Assembly (NCBI GenBank): GCA_028534125.1
Contig: CM052816.1
Coordinates: 13,578,001 to 13,642,000, forward strand
Reading direction: 5' to 3'
Origin: Lama glama
Lineage: Eukaryota
Length of the DNA stretch: 64,000 nucleotides
Shown here piece by piece: positions 39,204 to 51,270 of this stretch. Below the pieces are notes generated by a model, which was given only the letters and a program-made list of their open reading frames with translations, was not told the origin of the DNA and searched no databases. Position 1 is the first letter of the stretch; the number at the start of each line of letters is the position of its first letter. Both the position numbers and the translations under genes were made by a program.

Positions 39204-40159
39204 CTAATACACATACACACACAACTACAACCTCTGATAAACTCTTGACTTGCAAAAATGTCATCTTGCAGATGGAGGAAACAAAATAGAGAACTCTTAA
39301 TTTGGTCTTAATTCTGACTCAGATGAACAACTAACCAGGGACAGAAGCCTTCAGAGTTGTAGTCTCGCTCAAACCAACCTTTTCAGAGGAGGTCGGGAAG
39401 TATTTAACCTAGGCCACAAAAATGGAAGAAGTAACTCCCCCAAAATATGAAGCTGCATGTAGAGTTAACAAAACAGGGAGGAAGCAGAACAGCGACTGGC
39501 CTTTAGAGTACAGAGAGTGGCAGGTATCTTCGACCTCTTCTCAGAGATGGAGCCACAGGCAGAAGGACTGAAAGGGGCAGCACTCGCCAGGTGGAGGGGC
39601 ATGTCTGTCTCAGAGCTCTTAGGCTGAGAGCCCCTGCAGCTGTTAGAGACTGCGGCTCCCACTGCTCCTTGAGAAAGGATGGGATATTTCCAGCTTGGGA
39701 ATTAAGAGGGCCTTGTTAGCATCTGGGGAGTGTGACAGGCTGCTGACTGCTGCTGGAGCAGAGAGCACAGGCATCCTCAGGGTCCTGCTGAGATCACACG
39801 GCCCCGCGGACCAGGAGAGCGGCAGCTCAGATGAGACACAAGGACTACTCTTCATGCTCCCCACTCCAAACCTGAGCAGCAGGGGTGGGTTGCTAGAAGA
39901 TAAGAGGTGCCAACAAGGATGAAGTGGAGAAGTCCTATCAGCCAAAGAAAGAACACCTGAACAAGTTAGGTTTCTACTCTGGGCTTTAGAACACGCAATG
40001 GAGAGAAATGATGGGTGATCCCAAGGCCAGAAACTCAAAAACGGAAATAATAATAATCCTATACATAGCATGAATCACATGCCAGACACTGTTCTATGTA
40101 CTTCACACACGTTACTGTATAAAAAAAGAGAAATATGTATGGCTGGGTAGCGTGAGGAA

Positions 40160-40510
40160 GGATTTTTAATCTCATTAGTAATTTGAGATATGCAAATGAA
40201 AACAATTTCCCACCATCGGATTGACACACACATACAGACACAAAGAGACCCATAACATGCATTACCAGCAAAGGTGTGAAGACGACGGACACCCTCCCAA
40301 GTCATGGGTGGGGTATATCTGGGTGCTGTTCTGTGGAAAGGGTCATTTGTCAACATCCATTAAAATAGTAAATGTGCACATACCATTCAACCTACAATTC
40401 CACTTGGTAGGTAGCTGAGAAAAATGCTCAAATAGGTGGACGGTGAACTACGTGTGAGGTTTTCCATTACATCATTGTTTGTAATGAAAAGCTGAAAACA
40501 ACCTAAATGT
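40160..40510 (+). mobile_element. Highly degraded L1 ORF2 3' remnant
   Basis: ctcattagtaatttgagatatgcaaatgaaaacaa...ccattcaacctacaattccactt...ttgtttgtaatg...aaacaacctaaatgt. Confidence 0.65.
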
Positions 40511-41486
40511 GAAAGGCTCGCGGTTTACTAAACCATAGGAAAGTTAACCTAAGTCCAAAATTCTATACAACAGAAAAACCCATTTCTAGATGTGCAAGTA
40601 CAGGGATGAATACCCAAAGAAAGTTCTAGAGGGACACACACTAACACGTTTAACTCTGGAGAGACTTCTCCCTTCCAGTGTGGCTAGGAACGGAAGCTTC
40701 CACGACCCAAGTATGCCGTTACAACTGTAACTAACGCCAATGACAAGGAACCAATGACAGATGCTGAAAAGACTATGACTCACAGGGACCCGCTCCGTTA
40801 TTATTTTTATCTGATAACAAAATTAGCTCATGCTGACTGCAAAATTCAAACAATTCAGAAGTCCTTCTCACAACCAATCTTCCCCCTACCTCCCAAAGTT
40901 AAGCTAAAATAATAAAGACAAAAACAATGACAGGAGAGTATAGGAGGACACATAATCAAAGGAAAACTAACAGGGGCTCAAGCCTTGAAAGGCAGTGCTG
41001 TAAAGAGGAAGCCAACAGTGATCGGAGCCTTGCAGAAGATGCTGAAGACAACCAAAAGGGCCTTTATGTTCTATTTAGACCCGAAGAGGAAACACAGAAG
41101 TGAGAATACTGAACAGTGGATCTAGGAAGGCCTATAAAGGTAGGTGGGGAATTACTATGAAGCAGTTTCAGTGAAGAACAAGTCACACCAAACCAACCAT
41201 ACTTTCAATTTTCCTTAGGTTCACCCATGTGATTATTTGACAGGTAGATATTGAACAGCTACTCTGTGCCAGATGCTGTGGATAAAAGATACAAAAACCA
41301 AAAAAAGTGACAGTGTTCTTGTCCTTTGGAAGATTCCAATCCAGTAAGGGGATGGATATTAATCAAACAATCACACTAATCGATGTACAATTACAAGCCG
41401 AGACAAGGGCTTAAAAACCAGGAAGAAAGTCTCTCAAAACATCTTTGCAAAGAATGAAAGAAATAGAGGCCCATTGACAGAACACA

Positions 41487-42100
41487 GGGGTCCATGAACC
41501 TAGATGGTAGGGAGAAAACAACAATCCTTTATTGCCATGAGCCTCTAACTGAAATTTAGCATTTCCTTCAAACAGGAACGTGGGCGACAACCACACTAAC
41601 ATCAGCAGTATCTGTGACTCTGTCACCAACAGGAAATACAGATATTTACGTAGAATGTTAACTGTCATTGCAGGTAACCTGAAACATCTACAGGAGTTAT
41701 CAGACCTCCCCTTGCATCTTATTACTGAATGTGGTAAAAAGAAGCATTTGGTGGAGGGTCGGGGGAGGCCATGGCTCAGTAGTGGAATGTGTGCTTAGCA
41801 TGCACAGGGTCCTGGGTTCAATCCCCAGTCCCTCCATTAATAAGTAAATAAATAAACCTAATTATCTTCCCCCCAAAATAAAAAAATAAACTTAAAGGGT
41901 AGTTTTAAAAGGATTAAAAAAGAAGTATATATTTATTATGTCACAAATGGTTTTAACAGTCTGATAACCATACTTCTATACTTTCTTCCTTTGTAAACTA
42001 ATGTATACACATTTAAAAACATTACTCAGAGAAAGGATCTAAACGAATTCCCTGATTGCCAAATGAATCCATGGCACAAAGAAAATTAGTGGTCACTCAG
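41487..42100. mobile_element. hAT-Charlie family DNA transposon remnant (Charlie4-like), interrupted by a SINE
   Basis: ggggtccatgaacc...ctctaactgaaatttagcatttccttcaa...cagcagtatctgtgactctgtcaccaac...atttaaaaacattactcagagaaagg...ccatggcacaaagaaaattag. Confidence 0.6.
41761..41890 (+). mobile_element. Vic-1-type camelid tRNA-derived SINE
   Basis: ggggaggccatggctcagtagtgg (A box) ... gcttagcatgcacagggtcctgggttcaatcccc (B box) ... aaataaataaacctaattatcttccccc plus A tail. Matches the recalled Vic-1 consensus. Confidence 0.85.
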
Positions 42101-43399
42101 CTAGACTTTGGTACAAGTAGGTAGATGTGCATTTAAATGAGCTATACAATCAGGGAATTCAAATAACTTCAAATCCACCCACACAGTCCCGGGTAGCAGA
42201 AGCAACCCGCTGCCCAAAGAAAAATAACCTCAGTCGTCCTCAACCCTTCCTCTCAGTTTTGACTCAAGTTGTCTAACAAGTATTTGCTGAGTGTCTATGT
42301 CAGCTGCTGTGCGAAGCAACAGGAAAACAGCAGCAAACATCAAACGCAATTTCTATTCATGTAGCCCATCCTCATCTTGGTACCCTCATCGTCCATCTAT
42401 AACTGTCTGCTAAATGTCGCAAGAAGAATGCTTAAGACCTGAGTAAGCACCACCAGCATGTTACTAAGTTATAAGGTTCAAGCAAAAATTTTCTGGCCAT
42501 CCAAATTTTCATTTCTGAGAAAAGTTTCATCAATGCTCCATCATAAAACAATTTCACCTGATCTTCTCCTCTTTTCTCCCAACGTGTAGCTCAGGCTCTT
42601 CAATTAAACAGTCTCTGATTTTCACCAGAAATTCTTCTAAAAGACGTTTAACCAAAGGGAACAAGGAGAGAAGTGACGATTGTCAAATTTCTTTTGAAGA
42701 CTTGCACACACTGGTGTGATATAATCTGTACTCTTAAAAATTCTACCTAAAGAAAAACACTCACATGATTCAAAGATGAAGCCTGCAACCAGCTTCTTGA
42801 CCCAGTAAGAGAAAAAGAAATACTAACAAATAAATGGAAGCATAATCCAATTTCCCAGCAACCTGGGGCCAAGTGGAGGTGGGAGATGGGGAAATGGAAA
42901 GTAAACTGGGGACCTTACTTTCAGAGCTTCATCAGTTCACACTCCGTGACATTACAAAGACAGCTTTCACAAACTGGGCAGAAGTATCCTCTCAAAACAC
43001 CATCCCACTCATAAAGAAGTGAGGCCTACACCACATGAGAGCTTAGCGACTTCACTCCGCACCTTTTTAACCATCCAACCTCCTTTGATCGCTTATTTTA
43101 CTAAGAAAGGAAAATGCAAGTGTCAGCGGTAGAGTGGTGTGCTGAGCTTAGCAGACAGCTGGGATTACGACTTGCCAGGCCTGCGCTGCTTCATGCCCCT
43201 CAACTCAAAGCCTGAAGGTTCGGAATGACTGCTCCATGCAATCACATTTTCCATGCTAGTTTGAAAGCAGTTCCTGCACTGCAGCTCGGTGAGTCCGGGC
43301 AAGGTGACTAAATGAACTCTGCTTAAACAGGGCACGTAATGTAGAAATGGAGCTAGAGGTACCGCAGTATCTGCACCACCTCTCCAAAAAGATAATAGC

Positions 43400-43630
43400 A
43401 ACAAGTAACTTTTAATAAGCACTTCACCATGTACAGGCCTCGTGCTAAGCCTTTACATATATGTTGGTTCTTAAAAAACAATCTTACAGAAAGACACTAT
43501 TATTATCCCCATTTTGTAGGCAAAGAAACATGTTCAGAGAGCCTGGGTCATTTTCCAGTGTTAAGAGAGCTATTCATGGTGAGCAGGGATTGAAACTCAA
43601 GCAGCCTGAGCCCACATTTTTAACCACCAG
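43400..43630 (-). mobile_element. MIR SINE
   Basis: gtgctaagcctttacat...tattattatccccattttgtaggcaaagaaac...gggattgaaactcaagcagcctga. Confidence 0.8.
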
Positions 43631-44193
43631 GACAGTCTGCCTCTGATCCTGCGATCTCATCCGAACAGTCATCAATTGCACCTTAAAAAAAAACAGCTCA
43701 TCCTTTCGGACACCAGGCACCAAGCATAAGATGCAATGCAACCGCCCATTTATTCTAGGAGTTCTTGAAGAACTCAGGGCTGGAGCTTGGGCGTATAGCA
43801 GAGAAAGGTGAGAGGAGGGCACACTGTTCAGTCCAGAAGGACTAAGATAGAAGATTTCCTTAAAACGGAGGTGGGCAGTGGCAAGCCACGCTGTCTTGTC
43901 CTTTTATGACAGCAGTGGTTTTTCCTTATCTCTCCCTCTTTCCCCTTCTTCCACTGCAGCAGCCACAACAGAGGAGCTCCACGTTAAAGAGGAGGGTAGA
44001 CGCCGTTCAACTACAGCTTCCTGGTAACTCAGCAGTGTGTGCTGTAGTAGAAATGCCACAGAGCTAGAAGCTAAGAGGCCTGGGTTACAGACCCAAGATC
44101 ACCACTGACAGGCTTTTTTAGGCAGCGTTCCCTCTTAAATAAACAAGGGTGTGATACTGGCCTGGGGGTGGACTTCTTTCTACTCCACAATGA

Positions 44194-44275
44194 GGAGGTT
44201 GAGCCATTTGAAATCGCTCATATCTGGCCATTTTTTGACTTAAAAAAAAGTGGCAATTTCATAATTTCAAACTGA
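44194..44275. mobile_element. MADE2-like mariner MITE (about 80 bp, palindromic)
   Basis: aggttgagccatttgaaatcgc ... ggcaatttcataatttcaaact are degenerate inverted termini around tttttgacttaaaaaa. Confidence 0.65.
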
Positions 44276-44513
44276 TACATGGATTTACACACAATCTTGG
44301 ATGCTACGCCACCTGTTTCTTCTCCTCCAAATCTAATTCCACCTAATTCTGGCATCTGCCAACTTTCTAACTTTTTGGTTGTCAAAAGATATTCAAGTGC
44401 GGGCTCAAAGTTGAGAAATACTTAATTTTATTCAAGAATCCTTGGATGTGAAGGAAGACCATACCTCTAAAATAAGGTGGTAAGAGAAGCAGTCCCAGAC
44501 AGACACCATGAAT

Positions 44514-45013
44514 NNNNNNNNNNNNNNNNNNNNNNNNNNNNNNNNNNNNNNNNNNNNNNNNNNNNNNNNNNNNNNNNNNNNNNNNNNNNNNNNNNNNNNN
44601 NNNNNNNNNNNNNNNNNNNNNNNNNNNNNNNNNNNNNNNNNNNNNNNNNNNNNNNNNNNNNNNNNNNNNNNNNNNNNNNNNNNNNNNNNNNNNNNNNNNN
44701 NNNNNNNNNNNNNNNNNNNNNNNNNNNNNNNNNNNNNNNNNNNNNNNNNNNNNNNNNNNNNNNNNNNNNNNNNNNNNNNNNNNNNNNNNNNNNNNNNNNN
44801 NNNNNNNNNNNNNNNNNNNNNNNNNNNNNNNNNNNNNNNNNNNNNNNNNNNNNNNNNNNNNNNNNNNNNNNNNNNNNNNNNNNNNNNNNNNNNNNNNNNN
44901 NNNNNNNNNNNNNNNNNNNNNNNNNNNNNNNNNNNNNNNNNNNNNNNNNNNNNNNNNNNNNNNNNNNNNNNNNNNNNNNNNNNNNNNNNNNNNNNNNNNN
45001 NNNNNNNNNNNNN
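44514..45013. other. Assembly gap (500 N)
   Basis: Run of exactly 500 N, probably a fixed-size placeholder. Confidence 1.
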
Positions 45014-45368
45014 CCAGGAAATGATAATTACATTTAACATCCTCATGAACATACATGCAAAAATCTTCAACAAAGTATCGGTGAAAAAACAGCAATGTCA
45101 TGACCCATGACCAAGTGTGGTTTATTCCATGGATACAAGGCTGGTTCAGTATTTGGAAATCAGTGTAATGACATATTAAGAGGCTAAAGAAGAAACATCA
45201 CATGATCATATCAATTGATGCAGAAAACCTCTGGGCAGAATTCAACACCCATTTAAGATAAAAGAATCAGAAAAACAGAAACAGAAGGAAGCTTCCTCAC
45301 CTGAATAAATAGCATCTAAGGAAAAATAAAAAGCTAACACTTAATGTGAAAGACAGTGCTTTCCCCCC
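45014..45368 (+). mobile_element. L1 ORF2 (reverse transcriptase region) remnant abutting the gap
   Basis: catcctcatgaacatacatgcaaaaatcttcaacaaa (ILMNIHAKIFNK), ccatgaccaagtgtggttttattccatggatacaaggctggttca, atcatatcaattgatgcagaaaa. Confidence 0.88.
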
Positions 45369-46546
45369 TTTTTTGGTAGCCATTGTATTTATTTTTTTAA
45401 TTTACATATATGTACTGTTCATTGTTTCTAAGAACAGCTTAGAGCTTTAGCTTTGTAAACTTGCATATATCTTGCTCTGTATTATTAACTGTTATGCAAA
45501 CACTAGTTATTTGTTTATGCTCAGTTGACAGTGTGCTGAGTTCCATGTCTGTATACAAAAGAGCTGAGTAGAAAAGGACATGAAATCAACAAAGATCAGC
45601 GAACCAGGGTACGCTGGGAAAGAGACACGTGAATGAACTGGAATCATCTAGACCGGATACCCTGTTTCATGCAGACAGTTCTACAAGTCAGCAGAGGCCG
45701 TGTCTCACGTCCCTTGCACACATTTCCCCCTTTTGACAGGGCCTCTGCAAGTGATCACTACTGACCCTCTGACGGCATGGATTCTTTTTATCATTTACTG
45801 GTGGGACATGGTTAGACTCTACTCTTAAGATTTCTGTAACCTTGAGATCTGCTGATCCACTGGAGTTGAGATCCCTGGCATCAAATTAAGATGATACTCT
45901 GCCTCCAGGGACTTTTCCCCAAGGCTCTTACGTGGGTTGTACATGTCACGAGATGCAGAACAACCACAAGATTACATCACCCAGGAAGAGACCAGCATCT
46001 CTGAAATGGGAGCAGGGATCACATTACTAAACATACGTCCTTTCATGGACCCTGACGACCCCCTTGCTTATAATGGGATGTGGGCGAATGACGGCAATGG
46101 GAGGCCGAACCAGAGGGCGACGAGAAAAGACACGGCACCATCTGCACACACTGTTACATTCACGTATCCCATTAAAATGGATGTGAGGTAGCGCTCTGCA
46201 CCCTGCTTCATGGAGGCACCAATATACATGCAGTGAGCCAGACTGGACTCTGCCTCCTCTTAAGACCGCCGGCCACTGCCATTGCCTTGGTGAAGGCGGG
46301 GCTCTGGCGTGGTATCACACTGAACCCACACCTCAGACTGAGAGGCCAAAGCCCAGGGACTCCCTCCACACAGAAGCAGTATTGATATCCACAAGCATCA
46401 GCCCAGGAATGAAAAAGACCCTTTGATACATTGGTCTCAAGAGCCCAAGGGTTTATTTAGAGCTACAGCAAAACTCACGGCACTAAGGAAACAACAGAAA
46501 ACAAGGGACCTTCACTCTTGCTCTGCTTCCCTGAACTGTTACTTAC

Positions 46547-46625
46547 GGGTTCCCTGCCATCCATGGCTTCCATCCAGAGCCTCCGGTCCTCTTCAGACAA
46601 CGCCTGCATGGTGATAACCCCTGGC
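46547..46625 (-). CDS. ARHGAP26: ARHGAP26 (GRAF1) coding exon, end of PH domain (probably the orthologue of human exon 11)
   Basis: ctcctttctctgcag|G CCA GGG GTT ATC ACC ATG CAG ... GGC AGG GAA CCC|gtaagt = (R)[26 protein letters not shown], 79 bp. The first base completes the split AG|G Arg codon of the upstream exon. It lies within ORF 46475..46747(-). Confidence 0.95.
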
Positions 46626-49209
46626 CTGCAGAGAAAGGAGGACAGGGATGTGAATCCAGAGCCACAGGCACAGAGACCATGATGGAGGTGAGCCTCGAAG
46701 AAACACTCAGGCGACCAAGGGAGAGGCTGCTGGGGTTGGTGAGACACAGAGAGGCCCAGCCCTCCACTGTCCGGAGCCCCCTTCCCATCTCAGAAAGCAA
46801 AGCCGTCGCCCCAAATCCCTCTCAATGAGCCCGTCTCCCTCAGGGAGGCAGGAAGCGACACAGAAGACAGGACTCTATTGCAGGGAAAGGACATGGGGAG
46901 CAAAGGGATTCCTTTACGCTTGTTTGTTCCTTGAGATCATATTCATTCCTTTTCTCCAAAACGCTCACCAGAGCACCTTACTCCTGGCAGGAGAACAGTA
47001 AACACGTACCGAAGTGAAGCGAATTACTGCACTGGATAAAAAGAGGAGCAAACATCCAAACTGGAGGGACCCCGGTCTATCATCCAGTCCAATGCTTCTA
47101 AACTGCTTTTGGCACAAAAAACCTTTATGAGGGTAATGGGTGTTATAGTTCTGATTATATGAAATGCAAACAGTATTTTTTAAGTGAACCTTTGCCATGT
47201 CAGGTGCTAAGTTCTTTACCTGCATTAGCTCTTTTCATTCTCTCCTTGGAATCTGCTTGCTCCTTCAAACTGAGTACAAACCCTCCAGAAAGCACAGCTA
47301 CAATATCGAATGGTGTCTGCTGTGTTCTCGTCACAGATGCCACACAAGTAGAGGTGTGTGACGTAACAACGAACTTGGGAGAAGGGGCTACAAGCCCTCG
47401 AGGCTCCCTAAAGCAGAGGTTCTTGACTTAAGACTCACAGATGGGCCCCAGAAAGTCCATAAGCCACCCTCCCCCCACCCCAAATGTACATGCATTGTTC
47501 CATACAAACGAAACTGTCTATCAGGTTATCAAGGAAGGTCATGACCCACAAAATGTTAAGGATTGCTGGCTCAAACCCTCATTTTAAAGGAGGTTTAAAC
47601 TTGAAAAGTTAGAGAACGCCTAAAAGGGAGGCAGAGGTCCACTGAGTGAGAACTAATCAGGGTCCGATTACACCCGAGTCCACAGCACTGCTCAGGGTCA
47701 CAGGGGAGCTCGGCACCGACACACAGGAGCTCAGCGATGCCCGAGCAGCAGGAGCCCAGACCCGCAAGCACTGCTGCTTCTCAGAAATTCACATTCTCAG
47801 GCCCAGGCGCCCATTTCCCACCAGCGTCAGCACATCCAGCGCATCGGGCCCATGGGGTGTCTGCAGACTGTCGGCAGCCCTGGCCCCACCGAGCTGACCC
47901 TGTGGCTTGGCGGCTCAGTGGACTGATTCTCCTCTTCAAGCATCTTTCAAAGAGCCAAGCACAAAGCTATGACGGCTTTGAGATTACAAGTCTGTAATCC
48001 AGTAAGTAGACTGCGGAGAACTACTGGAGAACTCTCCAGTCCCCGGGCTCAGACCTGGGAGTGCTGCCCCAGGTGGTGTGGGGCCTGGACCCCAGGCTCC
48101 AGAGTCAGGCAGTCCTTTAACATGGACATTCCCAGCCCAGCCCCACTTTACTGGACCTGAACTTCAGGGCTGGGCCTGTGAACCTGGACTCTCGCTATCT
48201 CCCCAGGTGATCCCAATGCACAGAGAGGTCCCTCTGCCCCCACCTTTTCCTTCCTGCTCCCCCTGCCCTGAAGAGCAAAGATACCCTCCTCTCCGCACTG
48301 GGGGAGAGCTCCTCTCTGCACCAGTCAACGTGTCTCCGGTTCATTTCCTGCTAGGTGTTCACCAGCAAACAGTCAGACTGCAGTAGCTGCCTTGCATGCC
48401 CAGGTCTCAGGGACCTCGCAGATGTCGCACCAACTTCATGGCACACAGTGTGAAATTTCCACCCAGAGCCACAAAGAGGAAGTTCAGACCAATGCAGGGG
48501 CTGTGAAGGGTGGGCTGCTTGGCCTTAGGAACCAGGAAAGCCAACAGGATTTGTTTTCATTTTGAGAAGAAGTATCAAAATATAAGTTCTTTCCACATGT
48601 GGTTTTGTTTCCCTTTTTTGTATGGGAGGGGGTGGCGGAAAACCGAATAAAGTAGATTTAACACACTTGGTTCTGATCCTATCATCCCAAGCTCAGAAAA
48701 CCTTCTCAGCCTCATGTATGTACATCTGGATCATCGTACTATCTTTCCAGGCATCTAGAAAACACTCATTCAGCTTCAAGTGTCTTTTCCTGTGTTATAA
48801 TTTAAACCACTATTACATAAATCTCTCATGTGTGAAATTCCTAGAACCAAGGTAAATGGGTCAACTTTCTTTATTTTGGAATCAAGCAGTAACTTCCTTC
48901 CCACATTCACCATCCCTATGTCTTTACTAGTCACCAACCCTCAGAACAAAACAAAATGAGCAAAACTCTCAATGACCCTACACTTTCCCTGCCAGTCCCC
49001 GTAAGACGCGCACTTTCATTCGGGTACCAATTTAGCTCAAGTCTGAAATGCATCTGGCTTTTCATAACAAAAGAAGGGAGAGAGAGAGAGGGAAAGAGAG
49101 AACTCTTGAGCTGGGAGTGTGGGATGAGAAAAGGAAAATATGACACAATGAAAGAGAAATGGGGTAAATGATGAGAGCTCTTTGTAGCTCTGCAAAGACA
49201 TGTGATCCT

Positions 49210-49462
49210 CAGATGCAGAGAACAAACTAGTGGGTACTAGAGCGGAGAAGAGTCGGGGGGACAAAACAGCAGAAGGGGATTAAGAGGTACAAACCACAAG
49301 ATATAAAACAAGTAAGTCACAGGGATGTAATGCACAGCACAGAGAATACAGCCAATATTTATAATTTTGTATGATGTGTCATCTTTAAAAATATCAAATC
49401 ACTATGTTGTATACCTAAAACAAACAAAACATTGTAAATCAACTATATTTCAATTAAAAAAA
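49210..49462 (+). mobile_element. 5'-truncated L1 3' UTR (L1MA-like) with poly(A) and TSD
   Basis: cagagaacaaactagtgg...gattaagaggtacaaac...tcactatgttgtatacct...ttgtaaatcaactatatttcaattaaaaaaa. TSD aaagacatgtgatcct (49194-49209) and aaagaattgtgatcct (49463-49478). Confidence 0.88.
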
Positions 49463-49519
49463 AAAGAATTGTGATCCTATCAAACACTATAATCAAAGAA
49501 CACCTACAACACTAACAAC

Positions 49520-49700
49520 CCAGCGTCGTGTGCCAGATGCTGTGCTAAGCACTGGATGTAGAATCATTTCGTCTTCACAGCTACAGCAAGAGGCAGCTAA
49601 ACTCTCATTATCCCATTTAGCAGATGAGAAAACTAAGGCTAAAACAGGTTAAGTACCGTGTCCACAGTTACTGAGCCAGGGTCCAAACTGAGCAGCCTCA
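49520..49700 (-). mobile_element. MIR SINE
   Basis: tgtgccagatgctgtgctaagcact...cattatcccatttagcagatgagaaaactaaggct...aggttaagt. Confidence 0.8.
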
Positions 49701-50039
49701 TGCTTCACCCTTGCGCACAAGGCCACTGCCAACGGGAAGACACCGCAGCCCCCAGAGAGCGCAAGTTGACCACCCAAGTCCCCTGCCATCAAAAGGGACT
49801 AGGCCCTCCCACAAGGCCTTTAGTGAGCTCCTGCCTGGGATCAAATGAGGTCGAACGATTAAGAGCTCTGTAAAACCTAGAGTGCTTCATGATTGTAAGG
49901 ACTCAGAAGGCTGCTCCAGGCAAACATCCAGCCCCAAATCAGGCATCCAGTAACGTCCATTGTGACTGTGGCTTACTTTCTACAGCAGTGGTTCTCCACA
50001 TTTCTTCCTACCTCAAAATACCCGAGAGAGAGAAAGGCA

Positions 50040-51066
50040 ATGAGCTCTGTAAAAGAAGACAGAAAGCACTAACCTTAAACAATAAGAACAAATTGGACTT
50101 CACCAAAATAAACTTGCAGTCATCAAAAGATAACCCTTTGGAAAGCCAAAAGGCAAACTATGAAGTAAGAAAAGACGTGCACAGTTTATATCTCCGAGGA
50201 GACGCCTATCCCGAATATGCAAAGAATGCCAAAAAAATAAGTAAGAACAAAGTGAACAACCCAGTTCACAAAATGGGTAAAAGATCTGAATAGGCATTTC
50301 ATAAAAGAGGACACACAAACGGCCAACGAGCATAAGAAACAGAGACCAACATGATGACTCATCAGGGAAATGCAATTAAAACCACAAGGAAGTAAGACAA
50401 ACACCCTTCTGAATGGAGAGAATTCAAAAGACCACCAACACCAAGGACTAGCGAGAACGTGGTGTCACCGGAACTCTCATCCACTGCTGATGGGAGAGCA
50501 ACTTGATAAAACCACTTTGGCGATGTCTACTGAAACTAAATCCCTCTAGATGCACACCCAGGAGAAGTGAGCACACATGTCCACCAAGAGACACACCCAA
50601 GAATATTCAGTTTAATTCGTAACGGCCAAAATTTGCAGCCACCAAAACACCAACCATCCATTAATAAGAGAATACACGGTTGTATATTTAAACAAGGGAA
50701 CACCACGCAACAATTAAAAAGAACCAACTACATGGAATATGAATGAATCTCGTAGACGTGATAATGAAGGAAAGAGGCCAGACACAAAGGACTACAAACG
50801 GTATGGTTCGATTTATATGATGTTCAAACACTTGCAAAGGTCCCTCTATGGTGACAGAGACAGAACAGTGACTTTGTCTTGAGGAAGGAGTAGGGGCAGT
50901 GACTGGTTAGGGCACGAGGAAATCTTCTGGGGCGATAGAAATGTTCTATAACTTGACCTGGGTGGATACACGGGGGGGTGTGTGTGTGTGTGTGCGTGTG
51001 TGTGTAAAGTCAGTAAGATACAGTTAAAATTCATGCATTTTGCCGTGATTACATCTCAATAAAAAC
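50040..51066 (+). mobile_element. Ancient L1M (MB/MC-like) ORF2 end plus 3' UTR
   Basis: aaattggacttcaccaaaat...catcagggaaatgcaattaaaaccaca...catgtccaccaagagacac...gaatgaatctc...gccagacacaaa...aatgttctataacttga...tctcaataaaaa. Confidence 0.88.
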
Positions 51067-51149
51067 CGTTTTAAATAGCCCAGATACACGACTTCTCATC
51101 AGTACCTTAAGCTCACTAGTTATCCTGACTAGCGTTTCTATACTGTTCT

Positions 51150-51270
51150 TTAAAATGCAGTTAATAAGAGTACCTTATTGTGGGGTTGTTGTGAAGGTGA
51201 AGTGACCTATGTATAAGGCATTTCAAGTGTCAGAAACACAGTAAGTGCTCCAAAAAGCAGTTGTTAGCAC
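51150..51270 (+). mobile_element. MIR SINE fragment
   Basis: taaaatg...taataagagtacctt...gggttgttgtgaagg...acacagtaagtgctc. Confidence 0.7.

Larger units (their letters stand above)
1..46546 (-). other. ARHGAP26: ARHGAP26 long intron between PH- and RhoGAP-coding regions (runs past window start)
   Basis: Donor CCC|GTAAGT at 46546. The expected next exon (recalled as VYNSNKDSQSEG) was not seen in 1-46546, although 500 N are unreadable. Confidence 0.8.

Noticed and set aside
41761-41835. Possible tRNA-Ala gene
   Set aside because: Degenerate stems followed by the SINE-specific tail and A-run show it is a SINE head.
44382-45110. Longest ORFs in the track (186-239 aa)
   Set aside because: Artefacts of translating through the 500-N gap; the flanking residues on the right are decayed L1 ORF2.
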